DNA from: a virus
Lineage: Duplodnaviria; Caudoviricetes
DNA: 64,000 nucleotides
IMG/VR virus record: IMGVR_UViG_3300043442_000931
Location: 5,574 to 69,573 of that record
Reading direction: 5' to 3' (one strand)
Part shown: piece by piece, positions 45,116 through 55,374 of the stretch
How the letters are laid out: every line of letters starts with the position of its first letter
Numbering within the stretch: position 1 is the first letter of the stretch
Translations under genes and position numbers: made by a program
Notes under the pieces: generated by a model
Seen by the model: only the letters and a program-made list of their open reading frames with translations
The model's database searches: none
What the model was told of the DNA's origin: nothing

Positions 45116-45188
45116 AGCTAGCTCCACCTGACAAATCAAAAAAAAAGCGGGCACCCCCGCATTGGGGATACCCGCCGGTCTGTCATTG

Positions 45189-45755
45189 CTAGAAAGGCAT
45201 GGTTTCGTTCACATCCGAGGTGAACGGGTCACCATTATCAAACAGTTTGCTCATGTCACAGAAGAACTCTGCGTAGGCTTTTTCGATGTCAGCCGCCAGC
45301 TTCTTGTGGGGCTTGGCTATCAGGGTGTATTTGGTCTCGCGACCAGTACCAGCCCGAGAAAGCTCCAGATCGTACTGGTTGGGATGACCCCAATCAGGGT
45401 CTTCACAATAGCTCTGAAGCGCCGCCAGAATCTGCTTCTGGACGAATTGCGCAATCTGGAACATCTGGAGATCGTAATTCCAGATGACGAAGCACATGAA
45501 ACGCTTTACATCGGGAGAACCGTTGTCGCGCCTCTTGATATTGGCGGGGAAATCCTCACCCTTGGGGCACAGCGGCCACCGGATGGGCTTGTTTTCCTCC
45601 GTCCAACCTTCCCACCCATCTAGGGCGGACTGGCTCATGATGCGGAATCGCACAGATTCCCCATCGGCAACCTTGAGATAGCGCCCCTGAGAGCTGCTGG
45701 CCGCACTGTCCAGATAGGACTTGAAGTCGGCACTCATGAAGGAAGCTGTAGCCAT
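45189..45755 (-). CDS. Putative single-stranded DNA-binding protein
   Basis: RYLKVADGESVRFRI, GWEGW, FVIWNYD, YDLELSRAG...TKY, acidic/aromatic tail ETMPF. Confidence 0.65.
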   Translation of the reverse strand: MATASFMSADFKSYLDSAASSSQGRYLKVADGESVRFRIMSQSALDGWEGWTEENKPIRWPLCPKGEDFPANIKRRDNGSPDVKRFMCFVIWNYDLQMFQIAQFVQKQILAALQSYCEDPDWGHPNQYDLELSRAGTGRETKYTLIAKPHKKLAADIEKAYAEFFCDMSKLFDNGDPFTSDVNETMPF

Positions 45756-45876
45756 TTGTTTAACCTATTCGTGATTTGGACATTGGACAACACACACAGC
45801 GCATGGACAAAAAGGTCTGGGCCTGTGTGCATCGACTTCGGTCGATGGGTGGAACCATCTCTAGTTCCACCCTGTT

Positions 45877-45905
45877 ATTCTAATTTGGTCGTGTCCTTTT
45901 GTCAA
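45877..45905 (-). promoter_or_regulatory. Sigma70-type promoter upstream of SSB
   Basis: TTGACA-N17-TAGAAT. Confidence 0.7.
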
Positions 45906-45921
45906 TGTTTGAATAATTTGG

Positions 45922-46686
45922 TTATCGGGTACTGAGTGCCTTATGCACCAGATCCTCGGTGCTGATCTCCATACCCAGAGCGGTCAGCACCTGGGCGAAG
46001 CGGGCAGCCTGTTCGCGAACCTCGTCAGGTGTATAGGAGGCGTTGCCCCACAGCACCCGAGTCAGGCGGCGCTCCACCTCGGGGCTTTCAGCTTGATACA
46101 GATCGGTGAACAGCTCGATGTCGTCCACCAGATCCTTTTGGTTGTCGATGAACCAAGCACGCACGACCTTGGCCATCCCACGGGTGATACGAGCCGCCTC
46201 CTCGGGGTTATAGGAGTCCACCTCGGGGCGCTCGGTGATACCCACAAAAACATTCAGCAGGTCGTTGAAGTCCATGACGGTCCCATCCGGGTTTCGCATG
46301 GCCTTGGTCCCCTTAAACAGGGTCATGTTGGCATGGCTGGGGGCCTCGCCTGCCTCGATGCGGGCAATCAGCTTGTTGACCTCGGCCAGAGCGATAAAGA
46401 TGCGTGGCCCCGGCCCCGTCAGCTTCCCACTGACCAGTCCCGCGATCTGGGAGCTATGAAGCCAGCTTTGCTGGGTAGCAATCTCGGTTGCTCTAACCAG
46501 TCGGGGATGAGACCATCCACACTCTTCCATCCACCTCCTGAACATGATTGAGAAGGCTTTGGTGCCTTTCTCAAACCGATAGAGCAAGGACGTGGTTGGC
46601 ACAGGGACGCTATCCATAGGCAGACTCCGAGCCGCACCAGTCTTATAGGCTTTGACCGGGGCAGGCTTTTCCAGAATGGTCAACAT
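45922..46686 (-). CDS. Hypothetical protein (possible HTH repressor-like), divergent from the primase gene
   Basis: GWSHPRL...WLHSSQIAGL..GKL helical segment. Confidence 0.5.
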   Translation of the reverse strand: MLTILEKPAPVKAYKTGAARSLPMDSVPVPTTSLLYRFEKGTKAFSIMFRRWMEECGWSHPRLVRATEIATQQSWLHSSQIAGLVSGKLTGPGPRIFIALAEVNKLIARIEAGEAPSHANMTLFKGTKAMRNPDGTVMDFNDLLNVFVGITERPEVDSYNPEEAARITRGMAKVVRAWFIDNQKDLVDDIELFTDLYQAESPEVERRLTRVLWGNASYTPDEVREQAARFAQVLTALGMEISTEDLVHKALSTR

Positions 46687-46835
46687 ATGAACAAATCTCG
46701 CGACAGGACACAAAGTCTTAATAAGAAAAGTACCACCTAACCAAGGGCTTACGTAACCAAATCCGAATGCTAGGCTGGTGAGGCACAGAAAAAAGCGGTC
46801 CCGCACAGAGGAACCGCCTTTATGGAGCTATACAA

Positions 46836-49166
46836 ATGCTTCACCAGACTATAGCAGAGTTCATTTCAATCCTGCCTGAAGAATGGTCATATCTGGTCAT
46901 ACCCAAGAAAGGCACGGTATTGATAGGCCGGGATGGGAAGCGCCACACCTATTGCGGGAAGCGGGCATGGGGAGGCACTACGAACTCCTATTGCAAGAGC
47001 GAATTGCTGGCAGAGCTGGCCCGCCTGGACTACGTGGAGGCTGTCGGCTTCAAGCCCGGCCCCCAGTCGGATGGGGTGGTGGTACTGGACATCGATTTGG
47101 CGGGTGCCCGCGACAAGCTCATCGAAACCTATGGGGAGTTGCCCGAAACATTCGAGGTACGCTCCACCAAAGGTGGGGGCTGCGGCAAGCTGCTATACCG
47201 CATCGAGGACCACTGGTTCAACAAGATCAAGGGGCGGCAGTTACGCAACGACCTGGGGTACGAAATCCTGTGGGGTCGGGCCTCGAACGCTGTGATCGTG
47301 GGTGAGTACCCCGGCAAACCCGAGCGCAACATCCCCGCAGGCACCTATGAGTGGTTGGGCACCCCCGACCAGATCGCCCCGGCTCCCCAGTGGTTGATCG
47401 ATGAGATGCGCCGGGAGTTCCAGAAAGACAATCGTTTGACGGATGACGGTAGCCGCTTCCTGCCCAAGGACTGGGACACCAGCTATCGGACGGAAGCGCA
47501 GCTCGTCGAGGTGATCCGGCTGGCGTTGAGCGTGATCCCAAACGGTGGTCAGCACTCTGAAGACCAGTGGTCCCGCATCGGCTCGGCCATCTATAGCGTG
47601 TTGCCGAATGAGCGGGGGCTAGCCCTGTGGGAGGAGTGGTCCCGCCAGGACCGCGACTATCAGGAGGAGTGGGAGAACGGCAACCCCTGTGCGGATCGCT
47701 GGGCCAAGGGCTTCGTTGGCACCGTGAAGCTGGGGTCGCTGGTGCGGATGGCAGCGAGTGAACTGGCGGGGTCCGACAACGACGAGCAGGCGATCCGCTA
47801 TTGGATCAGGAAGCACTTCGGCTCCCACGCTGAAGCCAACCAGCGGGTCGAGGTGCTGACCCCTGAGGACTTCCAACTGCCAAACGATTTGGCGGAACGC
47901 TACCTGAAGGCGACCCAGAACAAGGTCGGGTACGAGCTGCTGCTGACCGTCAACAACTTCTGTCGGTCCTACAAGATCCGGCACGACAAGCTGGAAAAGC
48001 TGGTGCGGACGTGGCGCACCGAGCAACGCCAGCAGAGCAACCCCTATCGGGAGTGCGCCACTCTGCGCGAAATGCTGGAGATATACAACCGGCGGGTGCC
48101 GGGCGAAGACTTCCTGATTCCTGGGCTGCTACCGATGGGTGCGGTGGTGATGCTGTATGCGGACGGGGGTTCCGGCAAGACGCTGCTGGCCAACTATCTG
48201 GCGGCACTGGTAGGCAATGCCATCGATCAGGCGCAGTCCTGGGGCAAGCTCCACATTCAGGGTGGTAGGGTGCTGTACCTGCAATCCGACCAGGGGGCCG
48301 AACGCGCTCTGTTTCAGGTGAGCGGTCTGCTTCAGGACCACCCCCTGATGGCGGGTAGCGACAACGTTCGCATGAAGTTCGGCTGGGACGCCAGCCGCCT
48401 GCTGGAGCTGATCGATTGGATCGAGGAGTGGGAGCCGAAGCTGTTGGTGGTGGACTCGCTGTTCCACATCAACCGCACGTCGATGGCCGAGGAGAAGGAC
48501 GCAGCCTATGCGCATGTGCTGGATGACCTGCGCGAACTGGCTGAGACGTATGGGCTGGCGGTGTTGGTGATCCACCACGTCAATCATGGGGGCGCGATGC
48601 GCGGCAGCAAGAAGCTGCGCGACAACTGCGACGAGGTGTGGGCGCTCAAGCGCCTGGAGGGGGCCTCGATGGTGGACCGTCGCCGCCATCTGCATGTGGA
48701 TAAGACGCGAACCGGGGTGCCGCGCACCCTGGCGCTGACCCTACAGGAAGACCTGACGTGGGTCATGGAAGGCGAGGTGATTGACCCCGACGACGCTAAC
48801 AAGCCAGTACCACTCACCGACCGGCTGCTGACGTACTACGAAGGCCGCAAAACCAGTGACTGGGTCAGCCTGAGCAAGCTACGAACGAACATTATGTTCG
48901 AAAGCGAAGATAGGCGTCGCATGAACGAGGCTCTGATGCGATTAGCCAACCGGGGCCATCTGGAATGCCAGGACACCTCAGAGGGCAGGGCTTACCGTCA
49001 TGTGCGCTGGAAGGGCCAGGAAGCCGTCGCAGCACCCTCCAGCAGCTTCATGCCAGGGGACGCGCCACCCGCCCCGTCAGCGGGCGCAGAGCCTGCACAG
49101 CGCGAGTCTCTGAGTGACTGGTTGCAGCGTCATGTCCGGTTCCCGCAGAGCCCGGACAGCCCCTAG
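46836..49166 (+). CDS. Bifunctional primase-polymerase / PriCT-2 / AAA_25 (RepA-type) helicase
   Basis: VVVLDID and YPG prim-pol motifs; WSRIGSAI...WEEWS (PriCT-2); YADGGSGKT, LLVVDSL, VIHH, RGS helicase motifs. Confidence 0.88.
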   Translation: MLHQTIAEFISILPEEWSYLVIPKKGTVLIGRDGKRHTYCGKRAWGGTTNSYCKSELLAELARLDYVEAVGFKPGPQSDGVVVLDIDLAGARDKLIETYGELPETFEVRSTKGGGCGKLLYRIEDHWFNKIKGRQLRNDLGYEILWGRASNAVIVGEYPGKPERNIPAGTYEWLGTPDQIAPAPQWLIDEMRREFQKDNRLTDDGSRFLPKDWDTSYRTEAQLVEVIRLALSVIPNGGQHSEDQWSRIGSAIYSVLPNERGLALWEEWSRQDRDYQEEWENGNPCADRWAKGFVGTVKLGSLVRMAASELAGSDNDEQAIRYWIRKHFGSHAEANQRVEVLTPEDFQLPNDLAERYLKATQNKVGYELLLTVNNFCRSYKIRHDKLEKLVRTWRTEQRQQSNPYRECATLREMLEIYNRRVPGEDFLIPGLLPMGAVVMLYADGGSGKTLLANYLAALVGNAIDQAQSWGKLHIQGGRVLYLQSDQGAERALFQVSGLLQDHPLMAGSDNVRMKFGWDASRLLELIDWIEEWEPKLLVVDSLFHINRTSMAEEKDAAYAHVLDDLRELAETYGLAVLVIHHVNHGGAMRGSKKLRDNCDEVWALKRLEGASMVDRRRHLHVDKTRTGVPRTLALTLQEDLTWVMEGEVIDPDDANKPVPLTDRLLTYYEGRKTSDWVSLSKLRTNIMFESEDRRRMNEALMRLANRGHLECQDTSEGRAYRHVRWKGQEAVAAPSSSFMPGDAPPAPSAGAEPAQRESLSDWLQRHVRFPQSPDSP

Positions 49167-49187
49167 CGGGTGAGATTCTGCTGAGAC

Positions 49188-49220
49188 AAAAAACCCCACC
49201 TCACCAGGGTGGGGTTTTTT
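49188..49220. terminator. Bidirectional intrinsic terminator
   Basis: A6-CCCCACC-N6-GGTGGGG-T6. Confidence 0.75.
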
Positions 49221-49255
49221 ATTACCTGGAAATTTCGCGTCTATGTTTTGCAGCC

Positions 49256-49625
49256 TGCGGACGCTAGGGCCAAAACCCAGTCCCACACTAGGTTTTAGCC
49301 CGTCCGCACCCCCGTCCGCAGGGGGCGTCCGCACCCCCTCCTGCGGACGTTAGTCAAAGAAAAATACAGTACAGATATACAATATAGAATCCCTCTCTAG
49401 TGTTTAACGTGTATTACACACACTGTACTATAGAACACTTGTATGGGGGTGGAGCTTTGGTTTTTGGGGTTTTTGCGTCCGCACCACCCCTGCGGACGGG
49501 GGGTGCGGACGGGGGTGCGGACGCCCGCAAATCCTGTCCCTGCAAGGCTTTTAGCTCTAGCGTCCGCAGATTGACACGTACGCGGGATGGGACTGTGACC
49601 GTATGGTCACCCCACCCCGTCCGCA
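49256..49625. repeat. Iteron array with AT-rich core (putative replication origin)
   Basis: 11 copies of CGTCCGCA/TGCGGACG (49256, 49301, 49313, 49326, 49342, 49476, 49491, 49504, 49516, 49561, 49618) around an AT-rich stretch at about 49350-49445. Confidence 0.75.
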
Positions 49626-49755
49626 TCGAATTTGTACTATATTTTTGAGTCTCACTGAGACAGACTCAATGTCAGGAAAGCTTAAATGAGTGTGAAATGT
49701 TCAACTGTGCATCAAAAGTCACATAGGCTGAAAAGACAAATATTGATTATTATCA

Positions 49756-49980
49756 ATGTCACGATCCGCGCATCTGAATCTCGATGAGTCTGGGTTTTCT
49801 GCGGGAGTGGAGCTCTCTGAGAACACACATTTGCTGCTGCATAGCACCACCCCGGAACTGACTACGCTGTCATTGATACAAGGCGTAGAGACTGCGTGGG
49901 AGCTGGATCTCGATACAATATCCGTACGCAAGCTGACGACGATATTCAATGCGATGTCGTTGCACTTGGATCGAAGTTAG
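49756..49980 (+). CDS. Hypothetical protein
   Basis: 74 aa upstream of polA. Confidence 0.45.
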   Translation: MSRSAHLNLDESGFSAGVELSENTHLLLHSTTPELTTLSLIQGVETAWELDLDTISVRKLTTIFNAMSLHLDRS

Positions 49981-51838
49981 GGACAACCCCTTGATACATT
50001 TCATTACCCAGCCAGGGCAAATCCCCGAAGCCCTGGCAGCTCTGAAAGAGCCGTTGAACGGGGCCTATGCACTCGATACGGAAACCACGGGTCTGGACCC
50101 CCTCCAGGCTCGTGTGCGTCTGTTGCAAATAAGCAATGGCACAAACGTTGTGGTGGTTGACGTATGGGCGTTCGACCACACCATCCCAGCCCCCTTCCAG
50201 ACCCTGCTTGAGGGACCGGAAACGAAGATCCTCCAGAATGCCGGGTTCGATTGGCGGTTTCTGCGGGCGAACTTTGGAGTGGTGCTGGGCGGTTCCATTT
50301 GGGATACGGCATTGGCCGAGCGGGTTCTGACTGTAGGTTCCACTCCCGCCGGAAAGAGTCGCTACGCATCGCTCAAACGTTTGGCGATGCGGTATCTCAA
50401 TCGTGAATTGGACAAGAGCCTCCAGACCAGTGACTGGTCCCAACCCAATCTGTCGATGGACCAGATCCGCTACAGCGCAGAGGACGTACTGGTCCTGCAC
50501 CCCATCCAAGAGCTTCAACAGAGCAAGCTGGTCGAGGCGGACCTGATGCAGGCGTTCCTGATGGAGTGCGGGTGCGTGGCTCCCGTCAACGATTTGAACC
50601 TGGGGGGCATCTGCGTGGATGTGTCTGCGGCCCATCGCCTCCAGGCCGACATCGAGGACGAGGCAGACCGCGCCCTGTTGGATTTCTGTGAGTCACTGGA
50701 TGCGGCGCTACCCGACGACCAGAAGCTACCCAGACTGGCGGATGGGACTCTGAATCTGAATGCAAAAGCGTCGGGGCGCGGTGCCTCCAGGGTGCCTGCC
50801 GGGTTCAACCCCAACAGCTCCACCCAGATGGCCACCAAATTTTTGGCGCTAGGTTATCCAATTCCGAAAAAGGATGACGGTAACCCCACTCTGGACCAGA
50901 ACCTGTTGGCCGAGCTGCGGGCGGACTATCCCCTGATTGGCCAGTATCTGGACATGAAGGGCAAGCGCACAGCCCAGGCAGGCATCGAGGAGAAGATCCT
51001 CAAGAAGCTGCATCCGGTAACCAATCGTTTGCATGCCGAGTACGACCAGTACGGGGCCGACTCGGGGCGCTTCACCTGTAGTAAACCGAACATGCAGCAA
51101 ATCCCCCGAGAGGCGCGGTTCCGCAAACTGTTTGTTCCTGACCCTGGGTGTGTGTTCCTGATTGCGGACTATTCCCAAATCGAGCTGCGAATTGCGGCGG
51201 CGATTGCGGGCGAACAGCGGATGATCGACGCCTATCGGGAGGGGAAGGATCTGCATACCCTGACGGCAGCACTGGTCAATGAGATTGATGAATCTCAGGT
51301 GACGAAAGGACAACGCTCGGAAGCAAAGGCGCTGAACTTCGGGCTGTTGTACGGGTGTGGTGCTGCCAAGCTGCGCGAACAGGCCATCGCAGCCTATGGG
51401 GTGGACATGAGCCTGGAGCAGGCCACCGACCTACGCAACAGATTCTTCCAGGCGTATCCGAAGCTGCGGGCATGGCATCGACGCTGTAGCGAGGACCGCA
51501 ATCCCTATGTGTATACGGTGGGAGGCCATCGGCGGTTGCTGGTGGGGCCTAATGACACGATGACACGCAGATGCAACACACCCGTCCAGGGCACGGGTAG
51601 CGAGCTGCTGAAGCTGGCACTGATTGCGCTGTGGTCTGAAATCCAGCACCACTCCAATCAGGCACGGCTGGCAGCGGTCGTCCACGACGAAATCGTGCTG
51701 TCCGTGCAGCAGGACCACGCCCAGGCGTGGGCAACTCGGCTGCGGGATTGCATGGAGTCCGCAGGCAATCTGCTGCTCCAGGGGCTGGTGCCCGTGGTTG
51801 CAGAAGTAGGAATAGGAACCGACTGGAGTGCAAAATGA
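49949..51838 (+). CDS. polA: Family A DNA polymerase with 3'-5' exonuclease
   Basis: LDTETTG, DTALAE, YSAEDV (exonuclease); SGRFTCSKPNMQQIPR, ADYSQIELR, AKALNFGLLYG (F762 type), VQGTG, VHDEI; start codon uncertain. Confidence 0.95.
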   Translation: MRCRCTWIEVRDNPLIHFITQPGQIPEALAALKEPLNGAYALDTETTGLDPLQARVRLLQISNGTNVVVVDVWAFDHTIPAPFQTLLEGPETKILQNAGFDWRFLRANFGVVLGGSIWDTALAERVLTVGSTPAGKSRYASLKRLAMRYLNRELDKSLQTSDWSQPNLSMDQIRYSAEDVLVLHPIQELQQSKLVEADLMQAFLMECGCVAPVNDLNLGGICVDVSAAHRLQADIEDEADRALLDFCESLDAALPDDQKLPRLADGTLNLNAKASGRGASRVPAGFNPNSSTQMATKFLALGYPIPKKDDGNPTLDQNLLAELRADYPLIGQYLDMKGKRTAQAGIEEKILKKLHPVTNRLHAEYDQYGADSGRFTCSKPNMQQIPREARFRKLFVPDPGCVFLIADYSQIELRIAAAIAGEQRMIDAYREGKDLHTLTAALVNEIDESQVTKGQRSEAKALNFGLLYGCGAAKLREQAIAAYGVDMSLEQATDLRNRFFQAYPKLRAWHRRCSEDRNPYVYTVGGHRRLLVGPNDTMTRRCNTPVQGTGSELLKLALIALWSEIQHHSNQARLAAVVHDEIVLSVQQDHAQAWATRLRDCMESAGNLLLQGLVPVVAEVGIGTDWSAK

Positions 51839-52341
51839 CGCTGAACGACAAACAGATTCGTGAGCTGTGTGAACAGGGACTGGTCGAACCCTATGCACCT
51901 GAGCTGGTTAATCCAGCATCGCTGGATGTGCGGGTCGGTAATTATCTGATGGAAGAGACCGAAGACGGCTCCCTATACAGAGTGTCGTTGGGCGATGTCT
52001 TCAGCCAAACCCAACCCTATCGGGTGTTGCCGGGGCAAAGCCTGCTGGTGGAGACGCTGGAGGTGTTTCATATGCCAGATGACGTTGCCGCCCAGGTGGT
52101 GCTCAAGTCGTCGAGGGTGCGCGAAGGCTGGAGTCTGGGGTTAGGGGGCTGGGTTGATCCTGGGTTCAATAACTCGGTTCTGACGCTACGATTACGCAAT
52201 GACTGTCAGTATCGTAGTCTGACTATTTGGTCAGGTATGAAGCTGGCACAATTGTGTTTTAGCCGAATGGAACTACCCGAAGTTTCCTATCGGCAAGTAG
52301 GAAACTATAACAATGCCAGAACAGTTACCCCATCCCGCTAA
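51835..52341 (+). CDS. dcd: dCTP deaminase
   Basis: VNPASLDVRVG, LKSSRVREG, GWVDPGF, AQLCF; ATG at 51835 overlaps the polA stop. Confidence 0.9.
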   Translation: MTLNDKQIRELCEQGLVEPYAPELVNPASLDVRVGNYLMEETEDGSLYRVSLGDVFSQTQPYRVLPGQSLLVETLEVFHMPDDVAAQVVLKSSRVREGWSLGLGGWVDPGFNNSVLTLRLRNDCQYRSLTIWSGMKLAQLCFSRMELPEVSYRQVGNYNNARTVTPSR

Positions 52342-52552
52342 AAAACGCTACATCAGAATGCGCGTTACTGGTGACCGTCAGACGCTGAACGAACTGCATC
52401 CGATGTTACGAACCCAGGCTGAAGCGTTGGGCTATAAGTTGGGATTCTTTTGGCTAGCTCCACTCTCGAATAATGAGAGTGTGTGGGAATTAAAAACCGG
52501 CTACAAGCAAGTGAGGGACTATGGAGTACGTACTGACAACAAATCGTCGTGA
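52313..52552 (+). CDS. Hypothetical protein
   Basis: 79 aa overlapping its neighbours in the operon. Confidence 0.45.
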   Translation: MPEQLPHPAKKRYIRMRVTGDRQTLNELHPMLRTQAEALGYKLGFFWLAPLSNNESVWELKTGYKQVRDYGVRTDNKSS

Positions 52553-52778
52553 CGGAGCCCAGAACTGTCTGGTTCAGGTTCGTGATGGTGGCTTTAAGGC
52601 TATCGCTGAATATACGCCCGAACAAATGTACAGAGGGTTAGTATTCACGAATCGCGAGGATGCCGAACACGTAGCTCGGCATCTTAGGATGCAATGGCGT
52701 CGTCCAGTACGGGTGTATTCGGCCCCCCAGGTTGAGCGACTATTACAAAATCCTCGCCCTGGAAAGCCCCACCGCTAG
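52521..52778 (+). CDS. Hypothetical protein
   Basis: 85 aa in the operon. Confidence 0.5.
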   Translation: MEYVLTTNRRDGAQNCLVQVRDGGFKAIAEYTPEQMYRGLVFTNREDAEHVARHLRMQWRRPVRVYSAPQVERLLQNPRPGKPHR

Positions 52779-52842
52779 ACTGGTGAAACCACAAATTTGG
52801 TCCCCTGTCGCTAGGCGGGGGACTATTAGCGAGAACTTCTTT

Positions 52843-55341
52843 ATGGACATCCCTGCGTCCCTGGCCGTGACGGGTCGGGTGAGGAGCTGGCTGGAGAATC
52901 CGAGCAGCCGCTTACCCGTCAGTTGCACGGTTTTTGTTGTTGATGACGACATGGAAAGCCCGGAGGGCATCGAAGCCTCCTGGGCTTTTACGTCGAAAGC
53001 CCTGCGCAATGCAGCCGGGGTAGCTGTTCACCTGAGCAAGCTGCGCCCGAAGGGCACCGACAACGGCAAGGGGCTGGTGGCATCCGGTCCGGTCAGCTTC
53101 GCCCGGCTGTATAGCGCCCTGAACGAGGTGCTGCGGCGCGGAGGAACCTATAAGAATGGGGCTGTGACGCTGCATCTGGACTATGACCACCCGGATGCGC
53201 TGGAGTTCGTCACCACGGGGCGTGAGGTGCTGCCCTGGGCGAAGCGTGCGCTGAACGTGGATGACCAATTCCTGAATTGGCCCCATCTGGAGTTGGCAAT
53301 GCGGGCAATGCAGCGGGGTGATCTGTGGTTGGTCAAGAAAGTGTACGACACCCAGGGGCAACGGGTGTATCACAACGTTTGTGTCTCAGGTGACACCCTG
53401 GTCCTGACCGACCAGGGGCCTAAGGCTGCTCGGGATCTGGTGGGTAGGCCCTTCACGGCAATCGTGAATGGGACTGCGCACCCGTCCACCCAGGCAGGCT
53501 TCTGGTCGAACGGGTTTCGCCAAGTCGTTGAGGTCAGCACTCGCGAAGGCTATTCAGTGCGAGTCACCCCAGACCACAAGCTGCTGACGGCCTCTGGGTG
53601 GAAACAAGCAGATGAGCTGGTTCAGGGTGAGAAGCTGTTGCTGAATGAGCATCGCACCGCTGAAGCACTAGCGTGGGGCGGCATAGGTGACTTCGACCAG
53701 GGCTGGCTTCTGGGATGGCTGTTGGGGGATGGCACTTACGCCTCGGCTGACCAAGCCAAACTGGACTTTTATGGTTCCAAGGCTGTGTTGCTGAATGATG
53801 CCTTGCAGCGCATCCAAACCCTGGACCACATGCTGCAAGGACATGGCCACTACAGCGAGATACGAACGGGTCACTCCAGCAAGACCGTAGATCGCAAATC
53901 CGTAGGATCGGTCGCCTTAGCCAAGCTGGCCGAACAGTTCGCCATCACTCGTGACAACAAGACAGCGACTGAACTGCTCGATCAAACGTCGTCTGAGTTC
54001 CACCAGGGCTTCATCCAGGCGTATTTCGATGCAGATGGCACTGTCAATCGGGGTCAAGCAAGTGGTGCTGGTCGATGCCTATCCGTGACGAGTGTGAATC
54101 TGTGCAATCTGGAGCTGCTGCAACGGATGCTGCTACGGTTTGGAATTCGAGCCCGCATTTGGAAGAATCGCTACAACGGCGACAAAAAAATGATGCCGGA
54201 TGGCAAGGGAGGCAAACGTCTATACCAGACCCAACTGGCTTCCCGACTGGATATCTCCAGCCAGATCGACCTTCGCCGCTTCCATGACCTGATCGGATTC
54301 TCGCTGCCTGAAAAGCAGGAGAAACTGGAACAACTGCTGGCCAGCTATGGGCGAAGGGCGGCGTATTACAAACCCTTTGAGGCGACGGTTCAAGCCGTAA
54401 CTGCTTGTGGGGTGGAAGAAGTTTTTGACTGCACCATCCCAGGCGTCCACGAATTTGACGCCAATGGCCTACGCGCCCACAACTGTTTGGAGGTGAACTT
54501 ACCTCACAAAGGCACGTGTCTCTTAAGCCACGTGAATCTGGGGGCGGTAACGGTCGCGGAAATCCCCCAGGCGTTCACCGAAGGGATGCAATTCCTGTGC
54601 CAGCTCCATTCCAAAACAGGTGTTGGTGATTCGGGCATTTATCTGAGCCCCGAACAGGACAAACAGGTGGGGCTGGGTGTGCTGGGTCTGGCGAATCTGC
54701 TGGCAGCGGAGGGCGTCTCCTACAAGGAGTTCGTCGAGGCATTGGAAGGATCGAATACCAACGAGGTGGCTGTGGGACTGCGTAGTGCGCTCAAGGCAGG
54801 GTTCGCGTCGGCAGCAGCGGTCGCTAAGGCCCACGGCATGGAACGGGCATTCGCCATCGCGCCTACTGCCACATGCTCCTACCAGTACAAGGACCGTCGC
54901 GGCTATACGACCTGTCCCGAGATTTCGCCGCCGATTGGCCGCAGCGTGGACCGCGATAGCACCACCTTTGGTGTGGCCTCCTATGACTATCCACCAAATG
55001 TGGAGGTCGCCGAGGAGGTGGGCTGGGATGTGTACTTCCGGCTGCAATGTGAGTTCCAACGTTTGATGGATGAAACAGGGCTGGCCCATGCCATGTCCAC
55101 CAACTGGTGGAGCGACATGGTCCAGTGCGACCGCGACTTCATCAAACGTTTTCTGGATAGCCCGCTTAAGTCCCTGTACTACTCCCTACAGGTCATGCAG
55201 GGCACCCAGGACAAAAGTGAGCTGCTGGGTGGCGACGAGATCGATTACTCGATTCTGGGGCTGGATGTGTTCCCGCCCATCGGTCAGTCGCTGCCGGATG
55301 CAACCGATTTCAGCGCACCCTGTGTGGGTTGCGCCGAATAG
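52843..55341 (+). CDS. Ribonucleotide reductase large subunit (cyanophage type) interrupted by an intein
   Basis: AGVAVHLSKLRPKG, ASGPVSF, LRRGGTYKNGAV, NV/CLE finger loop, IAPTATCS, KSLYY, C-terminal CVGCAE. Confidence 0.92.
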   Translation: MDIPASLAVTGRVRSWLENPSSRLPVSCTVFVVDDDMESPEGIEASWAFTSKALRNAAGVAVHLSKLRPKGTDNGKGLVASGPVSFARLYSALNEVLRRGGTYKNGAVTLHLDYDHPDALEFVTTGREVLPWAKRALNVDDQFLNWPHLELAMRAMQRGDLWLVKKVYDTQGQRVYHNVCVSGDTLVLTDQGPKAARDLVGRPFTAIVNGTAHPSTQAGFWSNGFRQVVEVSTREGYSVRVTPDHKLLTASGWKQADELVQGEKLLLNEHRTAEALAWGGIGDFDQGWLLGWLLGDGTYASADQAKLDFYGSKAVLLNDALQRIQTLDHMLQGHGHYSEIRTGHSSKTVDRKSVGSVALAKLAEQFAITRDNKTATELLDQTSSEFHQGFIQAYFDADGTVNRGQASGAGRCLSVTSVNLCNLELLQRMLLRFGIRARIWKNRYNGDKKMMPDGKGGKRLYQTQLASRLDISSQIDLRRFHDLIGFSLPEKQEKLEQLLASYGRRAAYYKPFEATVQAVTACGVEEVFDCTIPGVHEFDANGLRAHNCLEVNLPHKGTCLLSHVNLGAVTVAEIPQAFTEGMQFLCQLHSKTGVGDSGIYLSPEQDKQVGLGVLGLANLLAAEGVSYKEFVEALEGSNTNEVAVGLRSALKAGFASAAAVAKAHGMERAFAIAPTATCSYQYKDRRGYTTCPEISPPIGRSVDRDSTTFGVASYDYPPNVEVAEEVGWDVYFRLQCEFQRLMDETGLAHAMSTNWWSDMVQCDRDFIKRFLDSPLKSLYYSLQVMQGTQDKSELLGGDEIDYSILGLDVFPPIGQSLPDATDFSAPCVGCAE
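53380..54483 (+). mobile_element. Intein with LAGLIDADG homing endonuclease (368 aa)
   Basis: CVSGDT...TPDHKLL...VFDCTIPGVHEFDANGLRAHN then +1 Cys; LGWLLGDGT and AYFDADGTV motifs. Confidence 0.93.
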
Positions 55342-55374
55342 CCCCACTTCTCACCCAATACAGGAGATTGAACG

